The notes: generated by a model not told the origin, from the sequence alone. Counted from the stretch's first letter, positions 1 through 10,002 are shown. The stretch: DNA of 64,000 nt from Vicinamibacterales bacterium (GCA_965229825.1 CBDDJQ010000013.1:1293883-1357882), one strand, 5' to 3'. Translations and numbers: made by a program.

Positions 1-346
1 TCCTGCCCCGATGCAGTTGCAACTTCACGTAGAGTGGGGGACCCGTCGAGGAGTCAAGTCGGATATTCATGACGTAGCCTGGGGCGCCCTTCGGTTTGTC
101 GAACTCCATGATCGTGACTCGATGGCCGTTCTCGAGCTTTGACGCGACCAGTTCCCAGGCGCCGTCGTTGGTGAACTCGTTGTTGCCGTCGTCTGGGTTC
201 CGCACGTTCTCCGGATGCCACCTTGACGGGTGGGTCGGCGTGGACCTGGTCAATCGGCGTCGACTTCTCGCGAGTCTCACGAGCTCGGCTCGCCTCGGGT
301 CCTCTTCGTTCAGGAACTCCGGCGCGCGGGACCTTGCATCAATCAT
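1..346 (-). CDS. hypothetical protein, partial (runs off the left edge of the window)
   Basis: Hand translation of the minus strand from ATG at 346-344 is open to position 1 (MIDARSRAPEFLNEED...WHPENVRNPDDGNNEFTNDGAWELVASKLENGHRVTIMEFDKPKGAPGYVMNIRLDSSTGPPLYVKLQL). It is absent from the ORF track because no stop lies in the window. No family recognised. Confidence 0.35.
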   Translation of the reverse strand, partial: MIDARSRAPEFLNEEDPRRAELVRLARSRRRLTRSTPTHPSRWHPENVRNPDDGNNEFTNDGAWELVASKLENGHRVTIMEFDKPKGAPGYVMNIRLDSSTGPPLYVKLQLHRGR

Positions 347-485
347 ATGACACTATGCGGCAAGATGTAAGCGGTCTCTTGGTGTCATTTGATTCGGTTC
401 TCTGTGGCGGTCGGGGGCCGCGGGACCCGGGGCGGCACGGCGCACAGCTGCCATCGAGCGGACCGGTCGTCAGACTGCCTTTGAC

Positions 486-1385
486 TCACTCGGCCGCCGT
501 CAGCTCGTCGTACACGCCCTGAATGCGCACCGGCGCCAGCGGCCAGTCGAGGTCGGCGGTGTCGACGCGGGAGGCGATGTCGTCGCGGGTCGCTCCGGCC
601 GCGATCTCGGTGCGCACCCGGTCGAGGACGGTCTCGAGCTTGGCGCGGAAGGTCCGGACGTCGTCCTTGCCGAGGATCGGCCCGTGTCCCGGAATCACCG
701 TGTCGAAGTCGAGCGCGAGCAGGCCGGTCAGGGTCGCCGGCCATTCCGCGGCGCTGCCGCCGTTGCCGTAGTCCCAGAACGGAGACAGGGTGCTGCCGTC
801 GAGGCGCTGGCCGTAGATGAACAGATCGCCGGTGTGGATGGTGCGCAGGTCGGGGAAGTAGATCACCGCGTCGCCGTTGGTGTGGCCGCGCCCGAAGTGG
901 TGGGCCTGCGCCTCGGCGTCGCCCAGGAACACCGCGGTCTCGTCGGCGAACGTCACCCGCGGGGGGCCGGTCTGGTTGTTGCGGAGGTTGTTGGCGCGGG
1001 CGTTCCGGTGGGCGATGACCTCGGCCGACCGCAGGAAGTCGGCGTTGCTGCCGGCGTGGTCGCCGTGGTGGTGGGTGTTCAGCACGTACTTGATGGGCTG
1101 GTCGGTGACGCTGGCGACCTGGGCGGTGATGAAGTCGTAGCTGTAGGGGAACTTGTTGTCGACGATGATGACGCCGTCACCGGTCACCCGGACCGCGACG
1201 TTGCCGCCGGACTGGCCGCCGTCGAACCCGGGAATGACGTAGAGGCCGCCCGTCACTTCCCGTATCTGCAGGCGGGCCTCCTGCTCGGGGGTGAAGGTGG
1301 GGCGTTGCTGCCCGGCGGTGAAGACGAGTCCGGTGCCGAGGGTGAGAATGGCGGCCGACAGGCCGAGTCGTTGCCATGCGCGCAT
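486..1385 (-). CDS. MBL-fold metallo-hydrolase, secreted
   Basis: 299-aa ORF with an N-terminal signal-like hydrophobic segment (MRAWQRLGLSAAILTLGTGLVFTAG). HxHxDH motif present (NTHHHGDHAGSN). Paralogue of 30564-31487. Confidence 0.85.
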   Translation of the reverse strand: MRAWQRLGLSAAILTLGTGLVFTAGQQRPTFTPEQEARLQIREVTGGLYVIPGFDGGQSGGNVAVRVTGDGVIIVDNKFPYSYDFITAQVASVTDQPIKYVLNTHHHGDHAGSNADFLRSAEVIAHRNARANNLRNNQTGPPRVTFADETAVFLGDAEAQAHHFGRGHTNGDAVIYFPDLRTIHTGDLFIYGQRLDGSTLSPFWDYGNGGSAAEWPATLTGLLALDFDTVIPGHGPILGKDDVRTFRAKLETVLDRVRTEIAAGATRDDIASRVDTADLDWPLAPVRIQGVYDELTAAE

Positions 1386-1547
1386 TTGAATGCCTCTTGG
1401 GAGAGCGGACCACGCCGCCGCCGACGCCGGTGCGCCGGGAGAGGGGGCCGCAGAATGGGATGGGCCCCCGGCTGTCCGCGGACAGCCCGGGGGGGATGCC
1501 TGGACGTCTCGCTGCCGCCGCCGGCGGTTTCGCGTCGGCGGACTCGC

Positions 1548-2615
1548 TCACGGGCCGTCGACGATGACGACGCCCCACGGACGCTCGCCGACGGCCACCG
1601 TGGCGACGACCTCCAGGGTATCGGTGTCGACGACCGAGACGTCGTTCGACGGGCCATTGGCCGCGTAGAGATAGCGCCCGTCCGGGGTGAGGGCGATGCC
1701 CCAGGGCCGCACGCCGACCTGCACGGAGCCGATCGGCTCGTTGGTCGCGGTGTCGATCACCGCGACGGTGCCCCCGCGGCCGGTGGAGACGTAGAGCCGC
1801 GACCCGTCGGGCGAGACCTTGGCGTCCATCGGCCGCACGTTCTCGCCGGTCAGCTCGATGGTCTCGATCACCGAGTGGTCGGCGGTGTCGACGACCGACA
1901 CCGTGCCCCCGTTCTCGGCCGTGACGTAGGCCCGGGTGCTGTCGGGCGAGAAGGTCGACGAGCGCGGCCGGGCGCCGACGCCGAACGTCGTCGCCACCTC
2001 CAGCGCCTCGGTGTCGATGACCGTGACCTGGTTGTCGTTCTCCGACGTGATGTACACCCAGCGGCCGTCAGGGCTGCGCGTCACGCCCTCCGGCTCGTCC
2101 CCGACCGGGAGCTGGGCGAGGATCTCGGCGCTGGCGATGTCCACGATGCTCGCCACCGCGGCATCCTCGTTCGCCACGAACACCCGGGTGCCGTCGGCGC
2201 TCACCGCTACCTGCTCGGGGTCGGTGCCCGCGTTCAGCACCGTCACCACCCGTCCTGCGGCGATGTCGACGATGCCGATGCCGTCCGCCGACCGGTCGGG
2301 CGGCGGCAGGGTCGACTCGTCGACCCCCGGCGGGGCGGGCGGTGACCCGCTGAGGGCGACGAAGAGGCGTTCGCCGGCCGGATCGACCTTGATGCCCCGC
2401 GGGCGTTGCCCCAGGGGGATGGTCGCTAGTACCTCGTGCGTGCCGCCCGCGATGACCGACAGATCGCCCGAGCCTTCGTTCGTGACGAACGCCCGGTACG
2501 GCGGGGGAGCCGCTTCGTCCGCCGGCATGGGGTCGTCCGCGGCCGGTTCGGAACCGCCGCAGGCGTGCAGGAGCAGCAGGGGGACCGCGAGCGCGCGATA
2601 GTCCGGGAATCTCAT
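1548..2615 (-). CDS. YVTN-family beta-propeller repeat protein (lipoprotein or secreted)
   Basis: C-terminal 355 aa of the 754-aa track ORF. Start MRFPDYRALAVPLLLLHACGG is preceded by AGGAG. Repeated motifs SPDG-x-YV-x-N/D-x-VSVID (VTRSPDGRWVYITSENDNQVTVID, FSPDSTRAYVTAENGGTVSVVD, VSPDGSRLYVSTGRGGTVAVID, LTPDGRYLYAANGPSNDVSVVD). Confidence 0.8.
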   Translation of the reverse strand: MRFPDYRALAVPLLLLHACGGSEPAADDPMPADEAAPPPYRAFVTNEGSGDLSVIAGGTHEVLATIPLGQRPRGIKVDPAGERLFVALSGSPPAPPGVDESTLPPPDRSADGIGIVDIAAGRVVTVLNAGTDPEQVAVSADGTRVFVANEDAAVASIVDIASAEILAQLPVGDEPEGVTRSPDGRWVYITSENDNQVTVIDTEALEVATTFGVGARPRSSTFSPDSTRAYVTAENGGTVSVVDTADHSVIETIELTGENVRPMDAKVSPDGSRLYVSTGRGGTVAVIDTATNEPIGSVQVGVRPWGIALTPDGRYLYAANGPSNDVSVVDTDTLEVVATVAVGERPWGVVIVDGP

Positions 2616-2626
2616 GATGGGGCTCC

Positions 2627-4645
2627 TCACGATGGCGCGGACGGGGAGGGCCCGTCCTCTTCGAGGTCCACGCGCGCCGGCGCCGCTCCGGCCGTCACCG
2701 CCTCGTTGGCGACCTCCATGACGATGCGGCTGTAGGCGCCGGGATCCGGCAGCGTGCCGCCTTCGGCGAGAATCGCCTGTCCGTGCAGCAGATGCGCGTA
2801 GGTCTTCAGCTTCAACGACTGGGCGTTCTCGGCGTGGATGGCGCCGAGCCGCGCGATGAACGGATGGCCGGGGTTGATCTCGAGGATTCGTTTCGTCCGC
2901 GGCGGGTCCTGCCCGAGCTGCCGCATCATCTGCTCGAGCTGAGGGCTCAGGTCGTCCTTGTCGCCGACCAGACACGCCGGACTGTCGGTGAGCCGTCCCG
3001 AGATCCGCACGTCCTTGATGTCGTCCTGGAGGTGCGTGCGCAGCGTCTGCAGGAGGCCGTCGAGCTGGGGCCCTTCCGCCTCGTCCTTCGCCTCGTCTTC
3101 CGCATCGCCGGGGCCGAGGTCGATCTCGCCCTTGCTCACCGAGACGAACTTCTTGTCCCGGTACGTCAGGTCGCGTTCCAGCCAGAACTCGTCGACGGCG
3201 TCCGCGAAGAACAGCACCTCGATGCCCTTGCGGGAGAACGATTCTAGGTGCGGCGAGTGGCGCACCGCGTCGAGCGAGCTCCCGCCCAGATAGTAGATGT
3301 GCTGCTGGTCGTCCGGCATCCGTTCGACGTAGTCGGCCAGCGGCGTCCGCTCGTCGCCGTGGGTGGTCGCGCACAGAATCAGATCGAGCAGCCGCTCGCG
3401 ATGGTCGCCGTCCGCCGCGAGCCCTTCCTTGAGGACCGCGCCGAACTCCCGCCAGAACGCGCGCATCGACTCCGGCTTGTCCTTCCGCAGCTTCTCGATG
3501 GCCTCGAGCGTCTTCTTGATCGCGAAGTTGCGGATCGACTGGACCTGCCGGTCGTGCTGGAGGATCTCGCGCGACACGTTCAGCGAGAGGTCCTCGCAGT
3601 CGATGACCCCCTTCAGAAAGCGCAGCCATTCCGGCAGCAGCGCCTTCCAGTCGTCCATGATGTGGACCCGCTTCACGTAGAGCTGCACCCCCTTCGTGAT
3701 CCGGTCCCGGTGATACAGATCGAACGGGGCCGTGGGTGGGATGAACAGCAGGATGCGGGCGTTGAACGCGCCCTCCATCGCCGCGGGGATGATGGCCAGC
3801 GGGTCGTGCCAATCGTGGGAGAGGTGCCGATAGAACTCGTGGTACTCGTCGTCGGTGACGTCGCCGCGCGATCGGGTCCAGATCGCCTTCATCGAGTTGA
3901 AGGTCTCGTCTTCGACCACCGTCTGCGGCAGGACGCCCTTCACCGGCTGGCCGGCGTTGTCGAGGACCGGTTCCTGCCGTTCCACCTTCATCCGAATCGG
4001 GTGCGCCACGAAGTCGGAGTACTTCTTCACGATCTCGCGCAGCACGAAGGTGTCGGTGTAGTCCCGCCGCCCGTCCTCTTCGTCGGCCGGCTTGAGGTGC
4101 AGCACCACGGTGGTGCCGGCCTGCGGCCGCGCCGCGTCGTCGAGGGTGTAGGTGCCGTCACCCGTCGACTCCCACCGGGTTGCGGTGTCGGTGCCGGCCC
4201 GGCGGGTGGTCAGGGTGACCCGGTCCGCGGCCATGAACGTCGAATAGAAGCCGACGCCGAACTGCCCGATCAGATCGGCGGTGGCGGCCGACGTGCCCTC
4301 GTCGCCGGCGTTCTGCTTCGCCTTCAGCGCGGTGAGGAACTCCCGGCTGCCCGAGCGGGCGATGGTGCCGATGTCCCGCACCACCTCGTCGCGCCCCATC
4401 CCGATCCCGTTGTCGGAGAGGGTGAGGGTGCGCGTCTCCAGGTCGGCGTCGAGCCGGATTTCGAGGTCGCTCTCGGGCAGGAGGCTCGGGTCGGACAGCC
4501 CCTCGATTCGCAGCTTGTCCAGGGCGTCGGAGCTGTTCGAAATGAGTTCGCGGAGGAAGATGTCCTTCTGGGAATAGAGCGAATGAACCATCAGGTTCAA
4601 GAGCTCCTGGACCTCGGCGGTAAACGTGTGTTGCTCGGTGCTCAT
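2627..4645 (-). CDS. htpG: molecular chaperone HtpG (Hsp90 family)
   Basis: 672 aa. The N-terminus MSTEQHTFTAEVQELLNLMVHSLYSQKDIFLRELISNSSDALDKLR is the canonical Hsp90 GHKL ATPase signature. GQFGVGFYS motif present. Confidence 0.95.
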   Translation of the reverse strand: MSTEQHTFTAEVQELLNLMVHSLYSQKDIFLRELISNSSDALDKLRIEGLSDPSLLPESDLEIRLDADLETRTLTLSDNGIGMGRDEVVRDIGTIARSGSREFLTALKAKQNAGDEGTSAATADLIGQFGVGFYSTFMAADRVTLTTRRAGTDTATRWESTGDGTYTLDDAARPQAGTTVVLHLKPADEEDGRRDYTDTFVLREIVKKYSDFVAHPIRMKVERQEPVLDNAGQPVKGVLPQTVVEDETFNSMKAIWTRSRGDVTDDEYHEFYRHLSHDWHDPLAIIPAAMEGAFNARILLFIPPTAPFDLYHRDRITKGVQLYVKRVHIMDDWKALLPEWLRFLKGVIDCEDLSLNVSREILQHDRQVQSIRNFAIKKTLEAIEKLRKDKPESMRAFWREFGAVLKEGLAADGDHRERLLDLILCATTHGDERTPLADYVERMPDDQQHIYYLGGSSLDAVRHSPHLESFSRKGIEVLFFADAVDEFWLERDLTYRDKKFVSVSKGEIDLGPGDAEDEAKDEAEGPQLDGLLQTLRTHLQDDIKDVRISGRLTDSPACLVGDKDDLSPQLEQMMRQLGQDPPRTKRILEINPGHPFIARLGAIHAENAQSLKLKTYAHLLHGQAILAEGGTLPDPGAYSRIVMEVANEAVTAGAAPARVDLEEDGPSPSAPS

Positions 4646-4756
4646 CGTTGTAATGTCTGCGGTTGGCGTCCGTGGCGCCGCTGTCGCCGGGCGGTTCCGG
4701 CGCCCGTCGTCCGTGCCGCCGCGCGGGGCGGCGCAACGCGGGGTTCTGCCACGGCT

Positions 4757-6268
4757 CTACGGTTGGGGTGTATTGGCGGCCAGCGCCTGCCGCTCCCAGG
4801 GCGCGAGATCCAAGGGCCGGCGGGTGCCCGCGGCGCGATCCGCGCCAAGCGCTTCCAGCAGCGTCACGAGCTGCGGATGCCGGTTGAAAGTGTTGGGATA
4901 GAACACGCCCTGGGCGATGGACAGCGCGGTCCAGCCGGTTTTGTTCACGGCATCGAGGTCGGCCCCCTTGTCGTGCAGGAAGCGGACGATTCCGTCGGCG
5001 CCGCGATGGATGGCGCCATGCAGCGCCGTATCGCCGTTGCCGTCCACGGCGTTCACGTCGTTCCCCAGCTCCCAGGTCAGCTCCACCGCGGCCACCGCCT
5101 CTTCGTTGGTGCCGGGGTTCTCGCCGATCTTCCAGATGCCGACCCCCGCCGCCGCCATCATCGGGGTCGCCCCGTTGGCGGTCGTCAGGTTCGGGTCGGC
5201 GCCGAGATTCGCGAGAAGCCGCATCATCGGCGCGTCGGCGGCTTTTGCGGCCAGCAGGAACGGCGTCGAGCCGACCCGGTCGAGCATGTTGCGGTTGCCG
5301 TCGCGCGGCTCCGCGGACTGGGGCAGATCCGGATCGGCGCCGTGGGCGACCAGGATGCGCACCATGTCGAGCCCGTCCAGCCGGCCCAGGGGCACGGGAA
5401 ACGGCGGGTTGCGCCCGAGATTCGGCCGGCGCGTCCACACCACCTGATGCAGCGCCGTCCAGCCCTGTCCGCGCGCGTTCGGGTCGGCCCCGGCCGCGAG
5501 CAGCCGCGCCGCGATCTGGTACTGCGCGTTGTAGACGGCCATGCCGAGGGCGCTGGTGCCGTTGGGCAGCGTATCGTCGGGGTCGGCTCCGGCCGCCAGC
5601 AACACGTCGAGCGCCCCCAGACTGCCTTCCCGGGCCGCGAACAGCAGCGGCGTGAATCCCCCCGCGGACCGCGCGTGCAAGTCGGCGCCGGCTGCGATCA
5701 ACGCCCCCGCCGCGCCCGCGTTGTCCTGCGAGGCGGTCCACATCAGCGCCGTCTGGCCCCGCCAGCCCTCGACCGCGTCGACCTCGGCGCCATGCTCCAG
5801 CAGGACCGCGATGGCGGATACGACGCCGTTCCGCGCAACCGTCATCAGCGGGGTCTCGCCTTCGCCCGACGCGCGGTTGGGGTCCGCCCCGGCCTCGAGC
5901 AGCATCCCGAGCACGCCGGGACTGCCGTTGGTGGCGGCCAGCGCGAGCGGCGCGACGCCGTGGCGGGTCGTGGCGTCCACCGCGGCGCCGGCCCGCACCA
6001 ACCGCGCCGCCAGATCGAGGTCGTCGTTGTGCGCGGCCCAGTGCAGCGCCGTGGTCCCGTCCGGCTCGGAGGCGTCGACGTCGACACCCCGATCGAGCAG
6101 GGCCCGAACCGCGGCCGCGTCGCCGGTCTTCGCCGCCTCGATCAGGGGGATCCCCGGCGGTTGCGCCCCCGCCGCGGCGGTTGCGACCGCGATTCCCACG
6201 ACCAGCCAGCTCGCCGAACGGTATGCCGGTTCCATGTTCGTCATCGCTCCCGTCTGCCCGCGCCGCAT
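4757..6268 (-). CDS. ankyrin repeat protein with N-terminal signal peptide (cassette 1, gene 3)
   Basis: 503-aa ORF with multiple ANK repeats (TALHWAAHNDDLDLAARLVRAGAAVDA, TPLMTVARNGVVSAIAVLLEHGAEVDA, TPLLFAAREGSLGALDVLLAAGADPD and others). Hydrophobic leader SASWLVVGIAVATAAAGAQ. The start is uncertain: 6268, or the internal Met codons at 6244 or 6235. Confidence 0.8.
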   Translation of the reverse strand: MRRGQTGAMTNMEPAYRSASWLVVGIAVATAAAGAQPPGIPLIEAAKTGDAAAVRALLDRGVDVDASEPDGTTALHWAAHNDDLDLAARLVRAGAAVDATTRHGVAPLALAATNGSPGVLGMLLEAGADPNRASGEGETPLMTVARNGVVSAIAVLLEHGAEVDAVEGWRGQTALMWTASQDNAGAAGALIAAGADLHARSAGGFTPLLFAAREGSLGALDVLLAAGADPDDTLPNGTSALGMAVYNAQYQIAARLLAAGADPNARGQGWTALHQVVWTRRPNLGRNPPFPVPLGRLDGLDMVRILVAHGADPDLPQSAEPRDGNRNMLDRVGSTPFLLAAKAADAPMMRLLANLGADPNLTTANGATPMMAAAGVGIWKIGENPGTNEEAVAAVELTWELGNDVNAVDGNGDTALHGAIHRGADGIVRFLHDKGADLDAVNKTGWTALSIAQGVFYPNTFNRHPQLVTLLEALGADRAAGTRRPLDLAPWERQALAANTPQP

Positions 6269-7624
6269 CTACACGGTCAACGGTTCGAGGGCGAGGCGCC
6301 CCGTGCTGTCGCCGAGCTGCTCGGGATCGACGACCCCCGCCTTGTCCAGCATGGCCAGCAGCAGGTTGGTCATCGGCGTGTCGCTCGGGTAGCGCACGTG
6401 CCGCCCGCCCTTCAACTGCCCGGCCCCGCCGCCGGCGAGAATCAGCGGCAGGTCGATATGCGAGTGCTGGTCGCCGTCGCTGATGCCGCCGCCGTACAGG
6501 ATGAGGGAGTGGTCGAGCAGCGACCCGTCGCCGTCCGGGGTCGCCTGCAGTTGCTGGAGGAACCCGGACAGGAGATCCACGTGATAGGTGTTGATCTTGG
6601 CGTACTGCTCGAGCTTGGCCGGGTCGAGCTGGTGATGCGACACCGAATGGTGCGCGTCGGGCACGCCCACCTCGGGATAGCTCTGGGCGGTCTGCTCGCG
6701 ACCGATCAGATAGGTGAACACGCGGGTGACGTCCGCCTGGAACGCCAGCGCCTGGAGGTCGAACATGAGGCGGGCGTGCTCGGTGAACGACTCCGGAATG
6801 CCCACCGGGCGGGCGAGGCGCTCGGGCAGATCGCCTTCGTCGGCCTGCGCCTCGACCCGCTGAATCCGGCGTTCGATCTCGCGCACCGCGTCGAGGTACT
6901 GGCTGACCCGGCGCCGGTCGCCGGCGCCGAGGCGCCGCTCGAGCCGAGCCATGTCCTCGCGCACCGCGTCGAGAATGCTGCGGTCTTCCTGCAGGCGGGC
7001 GAGGCGCTGGGCGGTGGTGCCGCCCTCGCCGAACAGCCGCTCGAACACGACGCGCGGGTTGTGCTCCATCGGCAGCGGGGTGGTCGGCGTGCGCCACGCG
7101 ATGGTGTTGGTGTAGACGCAACTGTAGCCGTTGTCGCAGTTGCCGACCACGTAGCTGTTCTCGAGCGAGAGCTCCAGCGATGGCAGCGGGGTGTCCTGAC
7201 CCAGCCTGGCCGCGGCGATCTGGTCGGCGGTCGTGCCGGCCCGGACGTCCGCGCCCTCGGTGCGCCTGGGGTGCACGCCGTTGAGCCAGACGCCGCTGGC
7301 CCGCGAATGCTCGCCGTTGCCGTCGCCCCACGCCTCGGCCTGCCGGTGGGCGAGGCCGGTCGGGATGACCACGTGGTCCCTGACGGGGGCCAGCGGACTC
7401 AGAATCGGCGACAGCTCCAGGGGGCCGTCGGCGGCCGGAGTCCATTGCGACATGTTGGCCCCGTTCGGGATGTAGATGAAGCCGAGCCGCTTCGTCGGGC
7501 GCGCGGCGGTGCGGGCGAGCGCGGTGGCCGCGGGCACCATGGCGTCGAGGAGCGGCAACGCCAGCGCGGCGCCGGCGCCTCTGAGAAACGTGCGGCGGGG
7601 CAGTGACATCCTGGTGACGATCAT
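6269..7624 (-). CDS. DUF1552 (HXXSHH) domain protein with Tat signal (cassette 1, gene 2)
   Basis: Start MIVTRMSLPRRTFLRGAGAALALPLLDAM (twin-arginine-like). HHSVSHH motif. Paralogous to 22477-23862 and 41914-43275. The ATG overlaps the upstream stop (ATGA at 7621-7624). Confidence 0.85.
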   Translation of the reverse strand: MIVTRMSLPRRTFLRGAGAALALPLLDAMVPAATALARTAARPTKRLGFIYIPNGANMSQWTPAADGPLELSPILSPLAPVRDHVVIPTGLAHRQAEAWGDGNGEHSRASGVWLNGVHPRRTEGADVRAGTTADQIAAARLGQDTPLPSLELSLENSYVVGNCDNGYSCVYTNTIAWRTPTTPLPMEHNPRVVFERLFGEGGTTAQRLARLQEDRSILDAVREDMARLERRLGAGDRRRVSQYLDAVREIERRIQRVEAQADEGDLPERLARPVGIPESFTEHARLMFDLQALAFQADVTRVFTYLIGREQTAQSYPEVGVPDAHHSVSHHQLDPAKLEQYAKINTYHVDLLSGFLQQLQATPDGDGSLLDHSLILYGGGISDGDQHSHIDLPLILAGGGAGQLKGGRHVRYPSDTPMTNLLLAMLDKAGVVDPEQLGDSTGRLALEPLTV

Positions 7625-10002
7625 GACTGCGTGCTCCTCATCCGAAACGGGGGGCTCTTGACGACACCCAGGATGAGCGTCGTCAGGCGGTAGTCGTCCT
7701 CGGCCGCCGCGCGAGTGATGGCGCGCACGGCCGGCGCGTCGTAGTACTCCACGCCGCGGCCGATGGCATAGGTCAGCAGCTTTTCGGTGACGGTGGTGAC
7801 GAAGCGTTCGGGGTGGGCCAGCAGCGCCGCCTTGAGACCGGCCGGCCCCTCGAAGACCGTGCCGTCCGGCAGTACGCCGGTCAGGTCCATCGGGACCCGG
7901 GTCTCGTTCGGGGTGCGCCAGCGGCCGATGGCGTCGAACGGCTCGAGGGCGAGGCCCAGCGGGTCCATCACCCGGTGGCAACTGGCGCACACCGGATTGG
8001 CCCGATGCTGCTCCATCGCCTCGCGCATGGTCAGGGTGCGGCCGGTGGTCGTGGCCTCCAGCGCCGGCACGTCCGCCGGGGGCGGCGGGGGCGGCGTGCC
8101 GAGGATGTTCTCGAGCACCCACTTGCCCCGTACCACCGGCGACGTGCGGTTGGCGTGCGACGTCACGGACAGGATGCTGCCGTGGCCGAGCAGCCCGCCC
8201 CGCGCGGGATCGTCGAGGGTGACCCGCCGGAAATGGCTGCCGCGCACGTTCGGGATGCCGTAGTGCAGGGCGAGCCGTTCGTTGACGAACGTGTAGTCGG
8301 CCGAGAGCAGCTCCACGACGCTGCGGTCTTCGCGGAGGACGGCGTCGAACAGCAGCTCCGTCTCGCGCCGGAACCCCTGCCGCAGGTCTTCCCCGAAGTC
8401 GGGAAAGAGGTCTTCGTCGGGCTGCACCGCGGCGGCGTTGCGGAGGCTGAGCCATTGCCCCGCGAAGTTGGTGACGAGCGCCTCCGCCCGCGGGTCGTCC
8501 AGCATGCGCCGGGTCTGGGCCTCCAGCACCGCGGGGTCCCGGAGCTCGCCGCGGATGGCGGTGTCGAGGAGCTCGCGGTCGGGGATGCTGCTCCACAGGA
8601 AGAACGACAGGCGCGAGGCCAGCTCCAGATCGTCGATCGCGTAGACCGCGCCGGGCGGGAGATTCGGCGGATCCTCGACGATGCGGAACAGGAACTCGGG
8701 GCTGACGAGCAGCCGCCGCAGGGCGAGCTCGATGCCGCCGTCGAACCCGCCGGTGGCCGCTCCCTGCTCGTAGAAGGCCAGCAGCCGCCCGACGTCCTCG
8801 CCGGTGACGGGACGGCGGAACGCGCGGCGGGCGAGGGTCGACAGGATGTCGGCGGCGCACGCGCCGGCCGCGCCGGCGTCGCCCGCCGCAGGCTGGCAGG
8901 TGAAGATGCGCGCGCGGCTCGGCGTGTCGACGGCGGGCCGGGAGCCGCGCGACTCGAACGGACCGGCGATCGTGACCCGTTCGAGATAGGGCTGGTAGCG
9001 CGAGTCGCCGCCCGACCCTTCACCGGTGAACGGCCGCCGGTACAGCTTGCGCGGGCGCTCCTGCTCGGCCGCGGTCTTGCGCAGGAAGGCGGCGCCGATG
9101 CGGTGGGGGCCGGCGCTGACCCGCACGCGAACCTCGCGCGCGTCCGCCTCCGCGTACTGGCTGCGGCGCTCGCCCGGTTCGAGGGCCCGTCCCACCGTGA
9201 ACATCTCGAGGCGCTCGCCGTCGAGGGTGAGCTCCAGTTGATGGGGTTCGATGTAGAGCGGGCCGTCCGGGACGACCGAGATCACGTACTCGGCGTCCTC
9301 GGGGAAGTTGAAGTCGACGACCATGCCCCCGCGGGTGCCGAACGGGAGCCCCGCGATGTGGTCGTCCTGCCCCTGATCGGAGGCGATGCGGAACGTCTCG
9401 GCGATCGGCGAGGGGACCGGCGACCCGACGGCGAGCCGGCTTATTTTTCTCGCCGCCGCGAGATACCGCTCCATCAGGGTCGGCGAGATCCCCAGCACCC
9501 CGGCGATGTTGTCGAAGCCGTAGCTGGTGTCGTCGGCCGGCAGCAGGTCGCTCACGTCGACGTCGAGGCCGACGAGATCGCGGATGACGTTGCTGTACTC
9601 CGTGCGGCTGAGCCGATGGAGCGCCTCGGTCCGTCCCGGTCGCAGGTCGTCGGCGGCGGCCCGGTCGAGCTCGGTCTCGAGCCACGTACGGAAGCCGTCG
9701 TAGGCCGCCCGGTCCGGCCGGGGCCGCGGCTGCGGCGGCATGGCCCCGGCTCGCAGCTTGCCGACCACCTTCTCCCAGACGGCCGCCTGACCGGCGACGT
9801 TCGTCAGGTCGATCGTCTCGAGCGACAGTCCGCCGGTCTCCAGCCGGTCGTTGTGACAGGTGACGCAGTACCGGTCGAGCAACTGGCGCCGGCCGGCGGG
9901 AGCGGCGCCGGCCGGTTCGGCGGCCAGCGGCATCCCGGCGCCTGCCGTCCCCCAGATCACCGCGGTCCCGATGGCGGCGCTGACGACCCGAAATCCAGGC
10001 AT
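7621..10002 (-). CDS. DUF1592/DUF1595/DUF1587/DUF1588/DUF1585-type protein with two CXXCH motifs (cassette 1, gene 1)
   Basis: 793 aa from MPGFRVVSAAIG. CXXCH motifs at CVTCHNDRLETGGLSLE and CASCHRVMDPLGLALEPFDAIGRWR. Conserved LASRLSFFLWSS, FAGQWL, ADYTFVNERLALHYGI, GKWVLENILGTPPPPPP. The track ORF start at 10044 is an alternative. Confidence 0.85.
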   Translation of the reverse strand: MPGFRVVSAAIGTAVIWGTAGAGMPLAAEPAGAAPAGRRQLLDRYCVTCHNDRLETGGLSLETIDLTNVAGQAAVWEKVVGKLRAGAMPPQPRPRPDRAAYDGFRTWLETELDRAAADDLRPGRTEALHRLSRTEYSNVIRDLVGLDVDVSDLLPADDTSYGFDNIAGVLGISPTLMERYLAAARKISRLAVGSPVPSPIAETFRIASDQGQDDHIAGLPFGTRGGMVVDFNFPEDAEYVISVVPDGPLYIEPHQLELTLDGERLEMFTVGRALEPGERRSQYAEADAREVRVRVSAGPHRIGAAFLRKTAAEQERPRKLYRRPFTGEGSGGDSRYQPYLERVTIAGPFESRGSRPAVDTPSRARIFTCQPAAGDAGAAGACAADILSTLARRAFRRPVTGEDVGRLLAFYEQGAATGGFDGGIELALRRLLVSPEFLFRIVEDPPNLPPGAVYAIDDLELASRLSFFLWSSIPDRELLDTAIRGELRDPAVLEAQTRRMLDDPRAEALVTNFAGQWLSLRNAAAVQPDEDLFPDFGEDLRQGFRRETELLFDAVLREDRSVVELLSADYTFVNERLALHYGIPNVRGSHFRRVTLDDPARGGLLGHGSILSVTSHANRTSPVVRGKWVLENILGTPPPPPPADVPALEATTTGRTLTMREAMEQHRANPVCASCHRVMDPLGLALEPFDAIGRWRTPNETRVPMDLTGVLPDGTVFEGPAGLKAALLAHPERFVTTVTEKLLTYAIGRGVEYYDAPAVRAITRAAAEDDYRLTTLILGVVKSPPFRMRSTQS

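Noticed and set aside
1548-3812. Full 754-aa extent of the track ORF, and likewise the long N-terminal extensions of 6269-8860, 10583-12595, 26793-28094, 30509-32923, 32002-33228, 37875-39110 and 41458-43275
   Set aside because: Only the C-terminal parts show protein-like sequence, signal peptides and ribosome-binding sites. The upstream extensions overlap neighbouring real genes in other frames, so internal starts were chosen.
3248-7606. 1452-aa plus-strand ORF, together with the 1095-aa minus-strand ORF at 4158-7445
   Set aside because: Both lie antisense to or out of frame with htpG, the ankyrin gene and the DUF1552 gene. Their translations are Arg/Gly/Pro/Ala-rich low-complexity strings typical of non-coding frames in very GC-rich DNA, and the true genes have clear family signatures.
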